The notes under the pieces were generated by a model. The model worked only from the letters and a program-made list of their open reading frames with translations. It did no database searches and was not told the DNA's origin. A DNA stretch of 64,000 nucleotides from Anolis carolinensis (Eukaryota). The stretch's first letter is position 1, and each line of letters starts with the position of its first letter. The stretch spans positions 101,481,190-101,545,189 of the forward strand of contig NC_085846.1 of NCBI RefSeq assembly GCF_035594765.1, written 5' to 3'. Made by a program: the position numbers and the translations under genes. Below are positions 12,601-26,430 of the stretch, piece by piece.

Positions 12601-13182
12601 AATTTTGGGAATCTCTGAACTGTTAGACTCAAAGTAACCCTCTCTTGGGGCGATTCCACTTAAAATATAGCAGAGTGCTAGAAACACACTTCATAACCAG
12701 CAGAAACTTACATGTGTTGAGCTATGATAAGCTTCTATATTTTGGGATGACACAGGATTGCAGAGCCCAAATATGAGATCGAAAGTATTTATCAAAGTAA
12801 AAGAACTACATTCTGGATAGGAAAGTTCTTGGAGCTAATTAGCTTACTAAGCTAATCTAAAGAAGGTAAAAAGGTAAAGTATCAAAAATATCCATACAGC
12901 TACATCTTGCCTTGAGAAAGGCAAGATGTGTCCTCACTGAAAGAGACAAAGGCAGAAGGAAGAAGCAATGGAGGCTGACCACATGGACAGAGCCTAGGGG
13001 CAACCAAAATACCTTTAGAGAGGAAATTACCTCATCCCTCAAGAGATTACATTGCTACATCAACAAAGGGGGAGGAGATAGTGCCAAACAAGAAGAGAAG
13101 AAACAGAAATCCCCTTTTGGAAAGGCATGCACAGGAATGTATGGAAAGGAATCCCTCATTCTAATCTTATTTTCAATTTATT

Positions 13183-13620
13183 GTTAACTCTAGCGGACAA
13201 TGATCAGTGTCCTTCCTTGGTAGTATATTAATCTTATTTATTTTTGTGGATAGTGTTTTGGTTGACCAAATCATATCAATTCTGGACCAATTGTTATGCC
13301 TGCTTGACATATATAGTCCTTTTCTGTCCCATGGTACAGTCTCCATATATCTACTAAATTGTATTCTTTCTTTAAATTTATAAAGCTTTGGGGTAATTGA
13401 CCTAGGTTTTCCTGGCCTTTCTTCTTACTCTGTGTTTGTCTACCAATTTTATTGTCTATCACTCCATTAAAATCTCCTAAGAGTATAAGGTCATCAAATT
13501 AGGTCATCAAATTCTCCAATTAGTTCCTTCAATTACTTTACAAATTTGCCTTTGATCCGTTTGGTGAATATATATTACAAATTAGTAGTCTATGTCCTCC
13601 TAATCTTATTTTCTAGTGTA
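13183..13620 (-). mobile_element. L1-clade ORF2 APE endonuclease fragment
   Basis: Minus strand encodes LLIVNIYSPNGSK, LILLGDFNGVIDNKI, YNLVDIWRLYHGTEKDY, WSRIDMIW and KINILPRKDTDHCPL across frameshifts. Confidence 0.9.
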
Positions 13621-16059
13621 GGTACTCATTGGGGGCTGGAGACTTGAATAGTCCATGGATGAAACCCAACAAGAAACAAGCCCACTTCATCTTCTATTGG
13701 GAAGGGCAAGATTCCTCACTTTAAAGCACCTGAAAAAGTAGGATGGCAGAGGATTAAAGGGGTCCCTGCCAAATTGGAGGGTGCAAAAACAAGGTTTGGT
13801 AAAATGTGTGACATATACCTGCAGTTTGCATGTGCCTGGTTTAATTGGATATCTTCCGGCTGGGGCTAGTTGGTTAGTATCATAAGTTTGTTCTCCTTTT
13901 AGGAATGTATGTATGTGTGCATAAAATAAAACAGTCTTCTGGTAACACAGATAATTCCACATATTGAAAAAACAGATCATTGTTTAGATCTTGGATGCCT
14001 CCCTGTTCAGTGTATAATTCCTTTTGAGCAAGTATTCTGTAACACAATCTCTGCCTTTCAGCATGAACTGGTATGTGTATGCTATTATGTTAATAGCAGA
14101 AATAAGGTAATAAGAAAATATAACCCACAGGAAGAACAACTAGAAATATCACAATGGACTTAAGGAGGCCCTTCTCTCAGCACTTTGAGAAAAGACTGGT
14201 TAAAAAAATTTGTTTTATGTCTGGCAGAAGTGACCATCTCTAACATTTGATGATTTCCAAGAGATGAACCATGTAAACATTGTATCATGCTTTCTTGTTT
14301 CCATAAAAGCAGATTCACCCCCCTGGGAAATGTTCTTCCACATATGAGGGGTATTTTGTTTTTAACGGAGACGTGGTTCAAGTCCAATTTCTGTCTTCTC
14401 TTTGTTGGCAGCTTCCCATGTTTTTCTGGCAGCAAAGAAATGCCATGCACAAAGTGATCTGCAAGCCCACAAGTCTGAGAACTTTTGTTTATTTTGGACC
14501 TCTGGAGTCAATTAAGTTTTCTTTTCTTCGGTGTTATGGAATCTGGGTTTCGTGGAAAGAAGTCCAATTGTTGCATGTCTGAGTTTTAGTTAAACAGACC
14601 CAAGCTCCCATAGAGGGTTAGCTGGCTTTGAATACCAGAGATCTAGATCCAAGTTCTAGGGATTTTCTCTTTTTCCTCACTCGTCAGTGAGATCCTTTCC
14701 AAGGAGGCTTAGGTGTGCCTTCTTGTAGTTTGTTTTGAAGGCAGATAGAAACAGCCTGCATGGTATAGTGGTCTGAGTGTTGGGCTATGACTCTGGAGAC
14801 AAACTCATCCTCAAATTGCACTGAAACATATGCCAATGGTAATATCAAACTTAGATCCAATGACAACAGGCATGAAAGTCAAGGACTACTTGAACTGCCT
14901 CAGTGGCTTTACTGTCACTTACTTAGCAATAGAGAGAGCAAATGTGACCTAGAGCTACAATGACCACCATTAATATCCCCAGATTTTGTTTGGGAGCATG
15001 TTTGCATCCATGTAAATGAAAGACTGCACAGTGAGTTCCTGAAAGAGTCTTACTATGAAAGCCCAATGAATATGTTATTGTTATTATTGTTACAGTTCAA
15101 GGCAGTATAATTTGAAAATAGTATGAATCGTCATGAATGTGGATCAAGCCCTTCCGTGTCCAAAAGGAGCTGTCATTTCAAATGATGCTGATCATGTACT
15201 ATTTAATGTTTACTATTAAAATAGTGGTTTCTTTATCTGGCTTTCAATCTTGTGATGCTGTGGTCTATTTGAAAAATGCAAAACATCCTTAAAAGCTTAT
15301 TAATTGTGCCTTGTCCTCTTTCTGTCTCTCTCTTTCCCCCTCTGCATACTGCAGGGTTGAATCCTCTTTTTTGCCTGGCAGGCGACTTGGAATCCATTCA
15401 TGGGTTAGCAATTTAAAATAAAAGGGGCCATTGTAGCATGAATCATACACAGTGGATTATCAGACTGGAGACCAACTGAAGTTCAGCAATTTAAGGTCAT
15501 AAAGTTCATAAGACTGGTAAAACTTTTCCCAAGTCTCTGCTTTTGCTCAAATATACATTGATGCATGAGTAAATTAACAAAGAATTAAGGGCTTCTTCTG
15601 ACCTATTCCAAGGGTAAAGGCAGCCAGTTCACACATTCCTTTTCAAATAACACACAAATCATTTGTAGATTTCATGACAGCAAGGTATAGCAATAGTCAT
15701 TGCCTAATGAATACAAATGGTTTTATACTGTTTCAGAGTTGACAAGGGGCCCAAAGTGATTCTACCATAATGACTAAAGAATAACTAAAAGTAATTAAAA
15801 CTATTAGATTAAAAAAATAAAACACTAAAAGCCAAGTACAGTTCTCATTGCCATCCCAAACACATCCCAAATTGATAGAATTACACAATGAAGATGATGT
15901 CACTGAGAAGGCTTAGTAACATGCTGATGGTTGGCTACGTTGGTTGGTTGATTCTAAGAGCTGCACTTTCAGAAAGTCATTTTCCATACCTTGGCTTCCA
16001 CATCTGTTGAGTCTTGGGAAAGTACCACATGGACTCTAAAGATTGTCTCAACTCATGAA

Positions 16060-16725
16060 TATGGTCCTATGGAATGAGATGTTCTTTCAGATATCTGTCC
16101 ATATGTTATTTAGGTCTTTATAGGTGGACACCAGTGCTAAAACTAAGCCGTTAAAGTAGATAGAAATCAGTGCAACTGATCAAAGGATAACATGCAATAG
16201 TGAGGAAAAGCATGCAATAGTTTTAAAAAGCATGCGATAGTGAGGAAACTGGCTATATTTTGCATTACATGCAGTTATTTTTTAAAAGAGCAGTCCCGTG
16301 CATAGTGCATTCCAGTGATCTATTCAGGGAGTAGAGTGAAACAGAGATAATATTGTAAGCAGAGCCACCTTTTCTAGGAAAGGATACAGCCAGCCCACTA
16401 GATAACATTGGACAAAGTCACTCTTGACTACAGAAGCCACCTGAATATTAATGACTCCCTGTGAAGAAACCTGATCCTTCAGAGGAAGTGCAACACCATA
16501 AAGAACCAATTATATTACCAAGTTTTTGGTTATGTTGCCTACAGCTTATCAGCAGTACTGCTCTTCAGTCTTGTTAACCCATATCCAGGCCATCATTGCA
16601 GCAAGGCAATGATTCAGAATTGCCACAGTTTTCTTGGGAGTCTTTGAAAAAATAGAGATTGAGCTGTGTGTCATCTATATATTGATCAGATCCAAGTCCC
16701 GGACAATTGCTTCCAGACCATGAAA
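16060..16725 (-). mobile_element. L2-clade RT-region fragment, decayed
   Basis: 'gagctgtgtgtcatctatatattg' reads QYIDDTQL (YADD motif); ORF 16324-16509 has GVALPLKDQVSSQGV. Confidence 0.75.
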
Positions 16726-17269
16726 GATAAAATAGGGTTCAGGGCCCTTCACAGGCAACAACAAAAAAATTAGACTTGGCTATAATCCTCCAATTCCACT
16801 TTTGGGCTGTTCAATCAGGTCGGTCTTCCACACTTCCACACACTGGTGGCCTTGTTCAGCAGGCTTTAGCATTGGGCTTCGTAAGATTCCCCTTATGAGG
16901 AAACTGTGATGTTCTTTGTGTTCTGATTGAGAAAAGAGATATAATAGACATGCTGTTCTCTGGAGCAGTATTAATTTACTTGGGTCACTTAATCTATACA
17001 TTGTGGTCTGCTATTAAACTCATACCAGATGAGTTTTTGGTTTATACCAAAGACTCATCTAGACCAGCATTCTGTTCTCATGCCTGGAGGTGAACACAGA
17101 ACATTGATAAACAGAATATGAGGACAATAGAGCCCACTCATACTCCTCAACAACTGATATATAGAAGTATAGTTGGATCAGAATTTGGAATCATGACCTT
17201 TTGGGACAACAACTTCAGACTAGTCAGCTTTTGTTGGTACAAGAAAAGGGTCTAGAAAATATCATTAAA

Positions 17270-17545
17270 CAGTTCCTAAGGTCCTCTCAATGTTTAGGTA
17301 GAACTTATTTTCCTATAGTTTGAATCCATTGGTCCATGCCCCAGTCTCTGGAGCAGCAGGAAACAAGCAGGATCCATCATCTTTATCACATACCTTCAAA
17401 TATTCAAACATGGCTAGCATGTTCTTAACCTTCTCTTCTCCAGGCTAAACATATCCATCTCCCTGAACTTCTTCTCATAGGGCATGGCTTCCAGACCTTT
17501 TACCATTTTAGTTACCTTCTGCTGGACACATTCCAGCTTATTAAT
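17270..17545 (-). mobile_element. CR1 fragment
   Basis: ORF 17414-17671 ends KLECVQQKVTKMVKGLEAMPYEKKFREMDMFSLEKRRLR. Confidence 0.9.
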
Positions 17546-19212
17546 GCAGATAATTGGATTCTGTTTGCTATAGCCTAATTTCATTTCATTAAGACTTTGC
17601 ACATGCTTTCCCTGTGATTTTTCCATTACAAAGATTGGTAGAGAGCAGGGAAATCTTAAGGTCTTATACATCAGGACTGGACATTGAATTAGCCTTAAAT
17701 GTGGCCTTTTGTCAATCTTCTATGTGAGAAGTGGTGTTATAAAACATCTTATAAATCCATGTTGCTTGGATTTAAAAGAGTCTATACTGTGCAGAGAGCA
17801 GTAGGTGCTTCAATGCATGTCTTTGTTTTGCAAAGTGCCTCCTCACCTTGCTTCATTCTTCCTGCGGTGGAGGGCAATGTTGTCATTACCCACATGATGT
17901 GATGATAGCAGAAGCAGATGTTCATGTTTGTCTGTTATTTTTGCTAATCTCCGCTTAAGTGGCCTCTCTGTCTCAGTCTGTCACTTTCACTCTCTCACAC
18001 TCTCTCTCCTTTCTCCTTCTTGCTTTTCTCCTATCTTCTCCCTCAAGAGGAAGGATAAGGAGGCATGGAGCGTGAGACTCTGCAGAGGCAGACATGGGAC
18101 AAGGTGGGGGAGAAAGAGAGATGGGAAGAGAGGAAGTCCTTCCTGAAGTGGATTTAAGGCTTCCTCTAATGGATTAGCTTAAATGAAATGTCCTGGAGTG
18201 TGTGCAAAAGGAAACCTTATGCAGATCTCAGAGGAAGTGACTATACAGAAAAGGAGAGAAATTGGCACAAATCTCAGATTAGTCACAAATATTTCACATC
18301 CTATCTCCAGAAGGGTATTTTTTATACAATCAGCTTTCTTTATTCATATGGTGAAGTTGATTCTTTGTATTTGAAAGAACCAATATCTCTGACACTCCAA
18401 ATCATAGGAAAGGGAATATACCAAAAACACTTTTAACTATGAGAGATATGAAGTCTACTTGTAACAATTATTCTGATATTCCTTTTGCCACTTGATGGCC
18501 TTTATTAGAAATGCCACTTGGTTAATCAAAGGTCCTGCGGTGTTTGCATCATTTCCCACCAAAGCGAATCACTCTTGACTTTCTGGAGAACATACTCAGA
18601 GCTCTCCATCAGCCCCTCTTCAAATAAGAAGAAAGGTCAGGCTGATTCATAGTGGACCATCCATGGATGAGGTGGACATCTCCCTCAGAACATGCTGCTA
18701 ATGGTTAATATAACTTCTAGGCTGACAGATGATCTTAAAAGGTCATCAGCAATGCAGTTTCACATCACTTATTTTCAAATGCTCTCTGGTTATTGCCTTC
18801 GAGAGCCAACAATGTGAAAATGAGATGTTGACAAACATTAAATGTCAGTGCCCAAAGCAAAGCACTACATTTATTGGGGTTATTACAAGCTTGTTTGTTT
18901 GATTTGTGCTTTATCCCAAAAGGGGACACAAAGCAACTCAAAGTTGAAAGTTGGAGGCCTATTAAAGTAATCTGGTTTTCCTACCCATACCGTCTTTCCT
19001 CACAAACTCTTTGAGTCAGATTTAAATAGCATATGTACAGCTTTGTCCTTTTCCCCCTTCAAATATTTCAGTTCCAGTCTCTTTGTACATATGGCTTACT
19101 GACAGTCTCACTGCATCATGCGCTTTCTTGTAAACCTTCAATAGTTGCAACACAAATTTATCTATCTACTCAATTTATTCAGTGAGGCTCACTCTCAAAT
19201 AAGTATACATTA

Positions 19213-19458
19213 GGAGCCCCCGATGGTGCAATGGATTAAACCCTTGTGCTGGCTAAACTGCTGACTGAAAGATCGGTGGTTCAAATCTGGGGAGTGGGGT
19301 GAGTTCCCGTCTGTCAGCTCTAGTTTCCCATGTGAGGACATGAAAGAAGCCTCCCATAGGATGGTAAAAACATCCAGTCATCCCCTGGGCAACATCCTTA
19401 CAGATGGCCACTTTTCTCACACCAGAAGCAACTTGCAGTTTCTCAAGTCACTCCTGAC
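19213..19458 (+). mobile_element. tRNA-derived SINE with a Sauria-like head but a different body/tail; 3' part also at ~62460-62601 (-)
   Basis: Head 'ggtgcaatggattaaacc..ggttcaaatc..ggggtgagttcccg'; body 'gaagcctcccataggatggtaaaa'; end 'acttgcagtttctcaagtcactcctgac'. Confidence 0.85.
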
Positions 19459-19464
19459 TCTAGA

Positions 19465-19822
19465 ACACCAGAAAACAAGCTTGTTCCACCTTCTATATCA
19501 GTGGTTCTCAACTTGTGGGTCCCCAGATGTTTCGGCCTACAACTCCCAGAAGTCTCAGCCAGTTTACCAGCTGTTAAGAGTTCTGGGAGTAGTAGGCCAA
19601 AACATCTGGGGACCCACAAGTTGAGAATCAGTGTTCAATATGATATCCCTTCAAATATTTAAAGATAATGATCATGTCACCTTGCATTCTTCTCCAAGCT
19701 CAACATATCCAACTCCCTAAATTATTCCTCATAAGGTTTGCTTTCCAAACATTTGATCATCTTGGCTCCCCTTCTCCTGACATATTCTATGTTGTCAATA
19801 TCCTTCTTGAACTGTGTTACCT
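19465..19822 (-). mobile_element. CR1 fragment interrupted by a hAT MITE
   Basis: 'gaaaacaagcttgttccaccttctatat|gatatcccttcaaatattt..tcttctccaagctcaacatatcc' is colinear with the other CR1 copies. Confidence 0.8.
19499..19633. mobile_element. hAT MITE, family C1
   Basis: cagtggttctcaac ... gttgagaatcagtg; 8-bp TSD ttctatat/ttcaatat (7/8). Confidence 0.92.
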
Positions 19823-22800
19823 AAAAAAAAATCATAACATGCCCTGAATAGTTGCTATTTTCAAAACTTCCTTAACCAGAACAGCATTTTTGATTGACTG
19901 ATTGATTGCTTTATACAACATCAAGGACTGGAAGTTTTTGATTTTTCCAAACAGGTGCAGCAAGAGATGGTACTGAGAGTTTTAACATACTGTACTTACA
20001 AAGTCCCTGGTGGAACTATAGAAATGTAAACTGCTTTTTTATTATAAATCCGTCTCCCTCCCTCTCTGTATTCCAACTAGTTTTACTGGGGTTGTAACTT
20101 CATAATTGTTCAGGGTCTTTTATTGTTTCCCAGTGTTTTTCTTACATTATAGATAGTTCAGTTCCTGGAGGGCTAACACCGCTTCATACACCGAGTTATC
20201 CTCTTGCTGGCCTCCACTGTGTATGAGTCAGCTGGAGATTTTAATATCAGGATTCTAGCCAATAAATAGAACTACCTATTCTGCCCATAAGATAAGTAAC
20301 AAGGCAATTGTGAGGATGGAGGAAGAAGACCCTGTATTTTGCTCCGCACTGATTTCTGCATCATGCTGAGTTAGTTGCTTTTGCTATACAATGACAGTCA
20401 AGATGTCAAACAAAATGCAAAACACACAAAGAGAGGATAAAGTGTCTGAAACATTTCAGAGTACAAAAAAGACTGAAGGTGGCAGGACACGTGATGAAAA
20501 TATATAAATGTGTTGGGTTTCATCCCTGAACTGCACAAGTCTCTTGTGTCATCAAGTTTCCAGTCCTCAATGTGGCCATTCGTAATTTTTCAGTCTTCTG
20601 CTTTTCTTTTGCCTTTCTTTTGCACATTTTGCCTTTCTCTAGACAAAATATAGTTGCATTGACTTTTTTTTACTCTTTTACCTCCTTTAGAAGGTGAGAC
20701 TTAGTAAGCTAGATAGCTCCAAGACCTTTTCTATCAACAATGTATTTCTTTTATCTCAATAAATATTTTTGAAGCTAAAGTTCTGACTCTGCAATCCTAA
20801 GCCATCCAGAAAAATAGAAGCTTGTCCTAGCTCACTACATATAAGTTTAACACACTGAGGGTTATTTGGAGTCTTAACAGCTCCGATTCCCCAAGAAAAT
20901 TATGTTCAGTGCAGAAATGTTGCATGAAGAATTGTGTTTTCCTGATAATGCTAGCTATGAGGGGCATCCAATGACATTGAGTGGCAGTAGGTTTAGAACA
21001 GGCAAAAAAATGGTAAGCCAGGGCAGAGCGTTTTCCAACCAGAAAAACTAACCCAATCCTGAACTGTTCCTCAGTGGTCCATTGGCCTCTCCCACTTCTG
21101 TCTCAGAGCAATGGTTGGAGATTAACAAACATATTAATGTTTGCACTAAAATGAACAAAAGGAGTTCAAAGGAGTGTTTAACAAAAGGGGCTCTGTTTTG
21201 CAGACAGAATGGCTCACATAGGACAAGACCTCTGGTTGGATTTGTAGGGGTTTTCTTTTAATAAAACTTGTCATACCAGCTAGCCAATGCACTTGGTCAA
21301 ATGGACAAAATATAGCCACACCAATCCTTTGTGGTGAAATGTAGCTCTCAGGACTCTTGCCAAATAGGAGTCTTTGTTCCTGGGGGGGAAAGCATTCCCC
21401 TTCTTGATATATCTGGTGATAACCACTAAGGTGAAGAAGGGATTAGAACAATTCGTGTAGGATTAAGACTACCAGTGTCTATTGGCTACAAGAGTTAAGG
21501 AGAACTTCCAGGATCTATGTCTTAGAATATCAATTGCTGGCAAGTGGCAGCAACGACCAACCCAGCCTTACTGGTAGGTAGAGTGAAGACCTTATCTCAA
21601 GCGTGACATGAAAGCAGAGATAGTGGTTGTTAGGTATTGGATTTTACTTTGACTTCCAGGATGGGAAAAGCATGCCTTCCTTTATCTAAAGATCTCAAAG
21701 CAGCATAAAGTACAATCCACTTAGAACAGTCTCAAAATATAAGAATAATCTTAAAAGACTGGAAGCATATTAAACTATTTAACACTTAAAATAAAAAGTT
21801 TAAGATCACAGAATCATAGAGACTCTATGATTCCTACCCCCTGCCATGCAAGAAAAGCACATGACTTAAAACATTTAAAATATCAGGCAAACAATAGTGT
21901 TTAGCTCATAAACTACTGTGAAATGTGTTTTGGTTGCTTAATAAGCCTTCATTATTGTTTCTCTAAGCCGTTCCCCAAGTTTGTTTTCTCAGCAAACTTT
22001 TTCTTTCCAGTCCATGAGAAATTTGCTATAAATCTATCTATTGTTGAGTGGGAGTAACAGCACTATAAAAATGGGGGGGGGGGATGAGAAAAGAGCTTCT
22101 TTCTATGGTAGTACTCATCGAGTAGAAACTCTGGTGTCAGCTATGTCTTATGAAGATATATCCTGCATGTTAAAAATCACATTCTGTAATGATTGTGCTT
22201 TAAATAAAGTGAGATGAAAGACCCAATAAATGACTTTCACTTTAAGGGTATACCATTTCCCTCACGGAGATCTCACGTGTGATTTGCAACAATCATATGT
22301 TCAACGGCATATTACAAGAGAAAGCCTATAGTTGACAAAATCAACGCAAAAACATTCACTTGGGACAAGAGGGGCCCATCTGGAAAGAATTAGGGCTGTA
22401 AAATTTCCCTTTAAGTGCTGGTTGCTAAAGTTAAAAACCAGCCACCCAGAAATGATAGCACTTGGAACAGCTCCATATTTTTTTCATTAAATACTACTTA
22501 AAGAGATTTACATTTTCTTCCTTCGGCTGATGTTGCATTGTTTCCCTTGTCTTACCTGATTGTTCCACAAAATCAGCACAAATGGAGAGACTAGCTGCCC
22601 CTTCATCAGCTCTTATCAAACTACAAGCTGTCTGCAAAATCCATGCATTATTTTCCAACATTAATGGCTTATCGGTAGCATATGCAATGCAGCTGCAGCT
22701 ACATAAGTGATATATTTAGAGGTGCAAGATAAATAGCAGATATTGATGGAGAAATACAGAAGCAAAATAGCATGTAAAACCTTAAAGAGAGACCGTCCAA

Positions 22801-24769
22801 AGGTAGGACTGTATCTCTTTCTGTCTGCCTGTCTGCTTTTTCACATATGGAAGGGCAAATTAACATTTGATCACATCTTCTTAACCTGTTCTCAACTGTT
22901 GCCTACACCATAGCTTGGAGCATGTATTTTTGTAGGCTATGCTGACTGGGGGATTCTGAGAGTTGTAGTGTAAATTGTAACTTTCTTCAACTCTAAGAAA
23001 CTGCAGATAAGATGATGATGTTGATCCTCCTGGACTCTACAACTTCAGAGTGAAGGTGGAAGAGTTTCACAACTGAATCTTCTTTTAATATTGTTCTATG
23101 GACCCTCGAAGACAATCCAGAGGAATCTATGTTTTTGCAAATCTCCCTTTCCATGGATGGAGAAGGGGGTCTCCACAATGGAAAGAAGTCCTACCCTTTG
23201 AATACGCAATCATCTGAGCTTCAATAGAGTGACACCATAGAATTGAACATCTAAGGGGGCCGTTAGAGAAAAACAACAATAGCTCCATATATGGTTTATT
23301 TTTCTCCAGTGCATGTCAGGAGAAGTGTTCTAGCTGAGGATGGCCGCAGTTGTAATTCAACATATTCTGGGAATCCTTATCATACAGGTATTCCAGTCAA
23401 ATAACTGAAGTACAAAACCCAAGGCAGACCTATTTGCTCAAGGTATACAAGATTCTCCTCTTCCTCTTCCCTTCATAGTGACCGCAACTCTACAAGGTTG
23501 CTGTGAGAGAGTGTATATCACAAAATCACCTAGTCAATTTCATGCCTCAATGGGGATTTGAATCTGGATCTTCCAAGTCCCGGTTCCCCTTGTAACTACT
23601 ACTGAAAGCCCTGAACACTGTTGATACATTTCACCAAAATATTAGTTAAACTACATTTTAGCAAGGGCTCTCTCAAATGTGTCTTTTCTATCTAGCCTGG
23701 AATGGAGCCCAAAGATTTCCAGGGCAGCAGGGCTGACTCCTAGTTTTGGCTTGAACCCGAGAAGCTCTCAATTAGTGAGAAATGAATCCAGTTCAATGGA
23801 CTCATTTATTGCTACAGTCTCTTTGAATGCAACCAAATGGCAGCGTGGTAGCCATTCTGGTTACGATTATTTATCTGTTGCGGGCATGGTTGGGTGAGCC
23901 AGGGGAATCTAATTAGATGGGAAAATATTACCAATCATTGTCTCTCCCTGTTGAACATGTGTTTGCCTGTAACGTGAAGAACATAATAGGTCACATGGTT
24001 ATTTGCGAACAACAAAATATCCCACAAGGGCACTCCGAAATGAAAATTGAAAGCACATGTGGTAGAGAACAAAAATTAATATAAATACATTCCATACTGT
24101 TGAGTTTTATTTTAAAGCCAAGCCTTGTCTGATTTCCCTAATAACATAATATGTCTCAGCTTTCCAAAAAACTTGTTTCTGTTCCCTAGTTTGCATTTTC
24201 TCACTCTCCACAGAAAAGTGGTAGGATATTGACTGGCATCTGACACATGATGTAGCAAAGAGATATGTGGATAATCTCATAAGGTTTTCATCAAGCTTTT
24301 TCTGGCTGTTTCATGCAGTTCAATCTTATGATACACTTGACAACCCAGTAACTGGACTAATACACCTATATGACTGTCTTCCACAGTCTGGACTACAACC
24401 CCAGACAGACAGACATCTGTCATTATGATACATTACAGCACACAACAGCTATAGACTTTACCAGTTTACTATCATATTAAAAGGAGTGCTCATGAAAAGA
24501 TGCGTGCTCTTGTAATTGGTGACTTCAATATCAATGTGACAATGGATCCATTCTGGGTTTTAATCTGAACCTTTAAACAGGTGTCCAAAGGGCTGACTCC
24601 TATCCCTCAAATATTTCCAGTATCTTAGGTAGATCTTCTAAAATTCATGCTAAAGCCCAGAGCAAATTCATCACCCCACTGACAAGGAACCTGACATCTG
24701 TGTTGGACCCTTGCCATTAGGAGTGGAGTGTGACACGTGTTTGTGTAGTACTGGAGGACATGGCATTGT

Positions 24770-24995
24770 TGGTAACTGCTGTCAAGTTGACTTTGACTCA
24801 TAGTGACACCTCACCCTGACATCAACAAGTCTGTTCAGGTCTTGCAGACTCAGAACTCTGGTTTCCTTGATTGAATTTATCCATCTGAGATGTGGTCTTC
24901 CTCTTTTCCTATTAACTTCTATCTTACCAGGCAAGTTCTGATTCATGTCTTCTCATGAAATGGCTGAAGTACAGCATTGTTAGCACAATCATCTT
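24770..24995 (-). mobile_element. RTE-clade LINE 3' end
   Basis: Reverse complement encodes KRGRPHLRWINSIKE, typical of the RTE ORF C-terminus. Confidence 0.75.
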
Positions 24996-25804
24996 AGGAC
25001 CTCATCCCATGAGAGAGGGGGAGTGAGAGGAATCATCTTCTTTACCATAGCATTTTATTCCAGTCCGTTGATAAGAAAAATGCATAATATATTCACTCCA
25101 TCATACGCAATGTACTTTTGTCCATTTCTACACTAATCTTCTGTATTCTGAGCTATCACATGGGTGAGTGTAGACCCCACCCATACCACTTTCCTTTAGG
25201 TGGAACCTCGAAATTGCGGAAGTCCTAAATTTAGGTCTAAAAAGGGGGGAAATATAGCTACAGCAAACTGGTAATATATCACAATTGTGCAATACCTGAT
25301 GAATAAACTATGTTAAAAATCACCATAAAAGTTATGAAAGAGGATTGATGATGAGAAAAGAAACATTGAGGCACATTTCAAGATCGCCCACAGGAACACC
25401 CACATTCAATGTCACTACAATGATGTAACCCGGGGAATCTGACAGTTCCCATCCTACTTTAAAATAATCACCTTTAATCATTTCTGTACCAATCAGAAGC
25501 CCTGAAGATAATTGCTCTCCAAAAAATCTCCATTTCTGCATACAATAAAAGCAGTTTAAAGACAGAGTCTCACAGGGAACCACCAGAAGTAGTCTTGCAT
25601 TGCATAACAGGCTTCGTGGGACTTTGCCTTTCAACTATTTTTAAAGTGTGTAGAAACTGGGGGGATCCTGTGTCTCATGAGGTCCTTAGCTTCTAGGAGG
25701 AGTTCAGGCATCTCTTTCTCCTTCTGAAAACATTTCCAAAAATGAACAGTCCCTCATTAGCTCAAAAGACCAGGACCAGCCCTACCATTAGACAGAGTGA
25801 GGTC

Positions 25805-25935
25805 AGTTGCTTGTCAAAGTAAGGTGACCCCATGAATTTCATAGGGTTTTCTTAGGCAAGAGATATTCAAAGGTGGTTTTGTCAGCTCCTTCCTCATAAA
25901 TATAGCCTACAGCACCTGATATTCAAGGGCAGCTC
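25805..25935 (-). mobile_element. 5S-derived SINE, partial
   Basis: 'gcctacagcacctgatattc' (reverse complement of the 5S 3' end) joined to the same tail as at 43888. Confidence 0.7.
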
Positions 25936-26189
25936 ATGCAAAATATATTACTGTAGTCTAATTGGGAGGTTACCAGAGCATAAACTATTGTGGTTGTATC
26001 ATCTCTGTCCAGGAATATCTGTAGCAAACGCTCCAAATGAGCCTTCAGTTATAAAGATGGATTTAAGAGTATTCCCAAGTTATGCACCTGCTCCTTCAGA
26101 GGAGTCTGGTCCCATCCAAGATTAAACAATCCAGTCCTCAAGAAGAACAATTTATCCACAGAGCCTCCATCTTATCAGAATCATCTGAA

Positions 26190-26430
26190 AGTAGACAAAA
26201 GAAGCTTTTCCTGCAGTCTCATAATACAAGAAACAGAAGTCATCCATGGAATCTGTATGGTGGGAGATTCAGGACAGATGGGGTGAAAAGAGCACTTCTT
26301 CACACAGGCCATAATTAAACAGTGGAATTTACTGCCTCAAGAGGGAGTGAGAGTTGCCAACTGGGACAGCTTTAAATGGGGAGTGGATAAATTCATGGCC
26401 CTTGGGGTCATCCGTGGCTATTAATCAGGA
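26190..26430 (+). mobile_element. Older CR1 subfamily 3' end; similar remnant at ~20940-21010
   Basis: 'catccatggaatctgtatggtgggagattcaggacaga..cacttcttcacacag..aattaaacagtggaatttactgcc'. Confidence 0.7.

Noticed and set aside
18048-18102. Possible exon after a long pyrimidine tract
   Set aside because: Weak donor, no recognisable peptide; the tract is low-complexity
22391-22403. 13-mer tagggctgtaaaa shared with 62998-63010
   Set aside because: Tens of shared 13-mers are expected by chance in 64 kb
22557-22632. Minus-strand exon-like segment with CAG|GTAAG
   Set aside because: Poor polypyrimidine tract; no homology recognised
24420-24545. LVIGDFN endonuclease-like motif
   Set aside because: A single short motif; possibly a very old LINE but cannot be delimited
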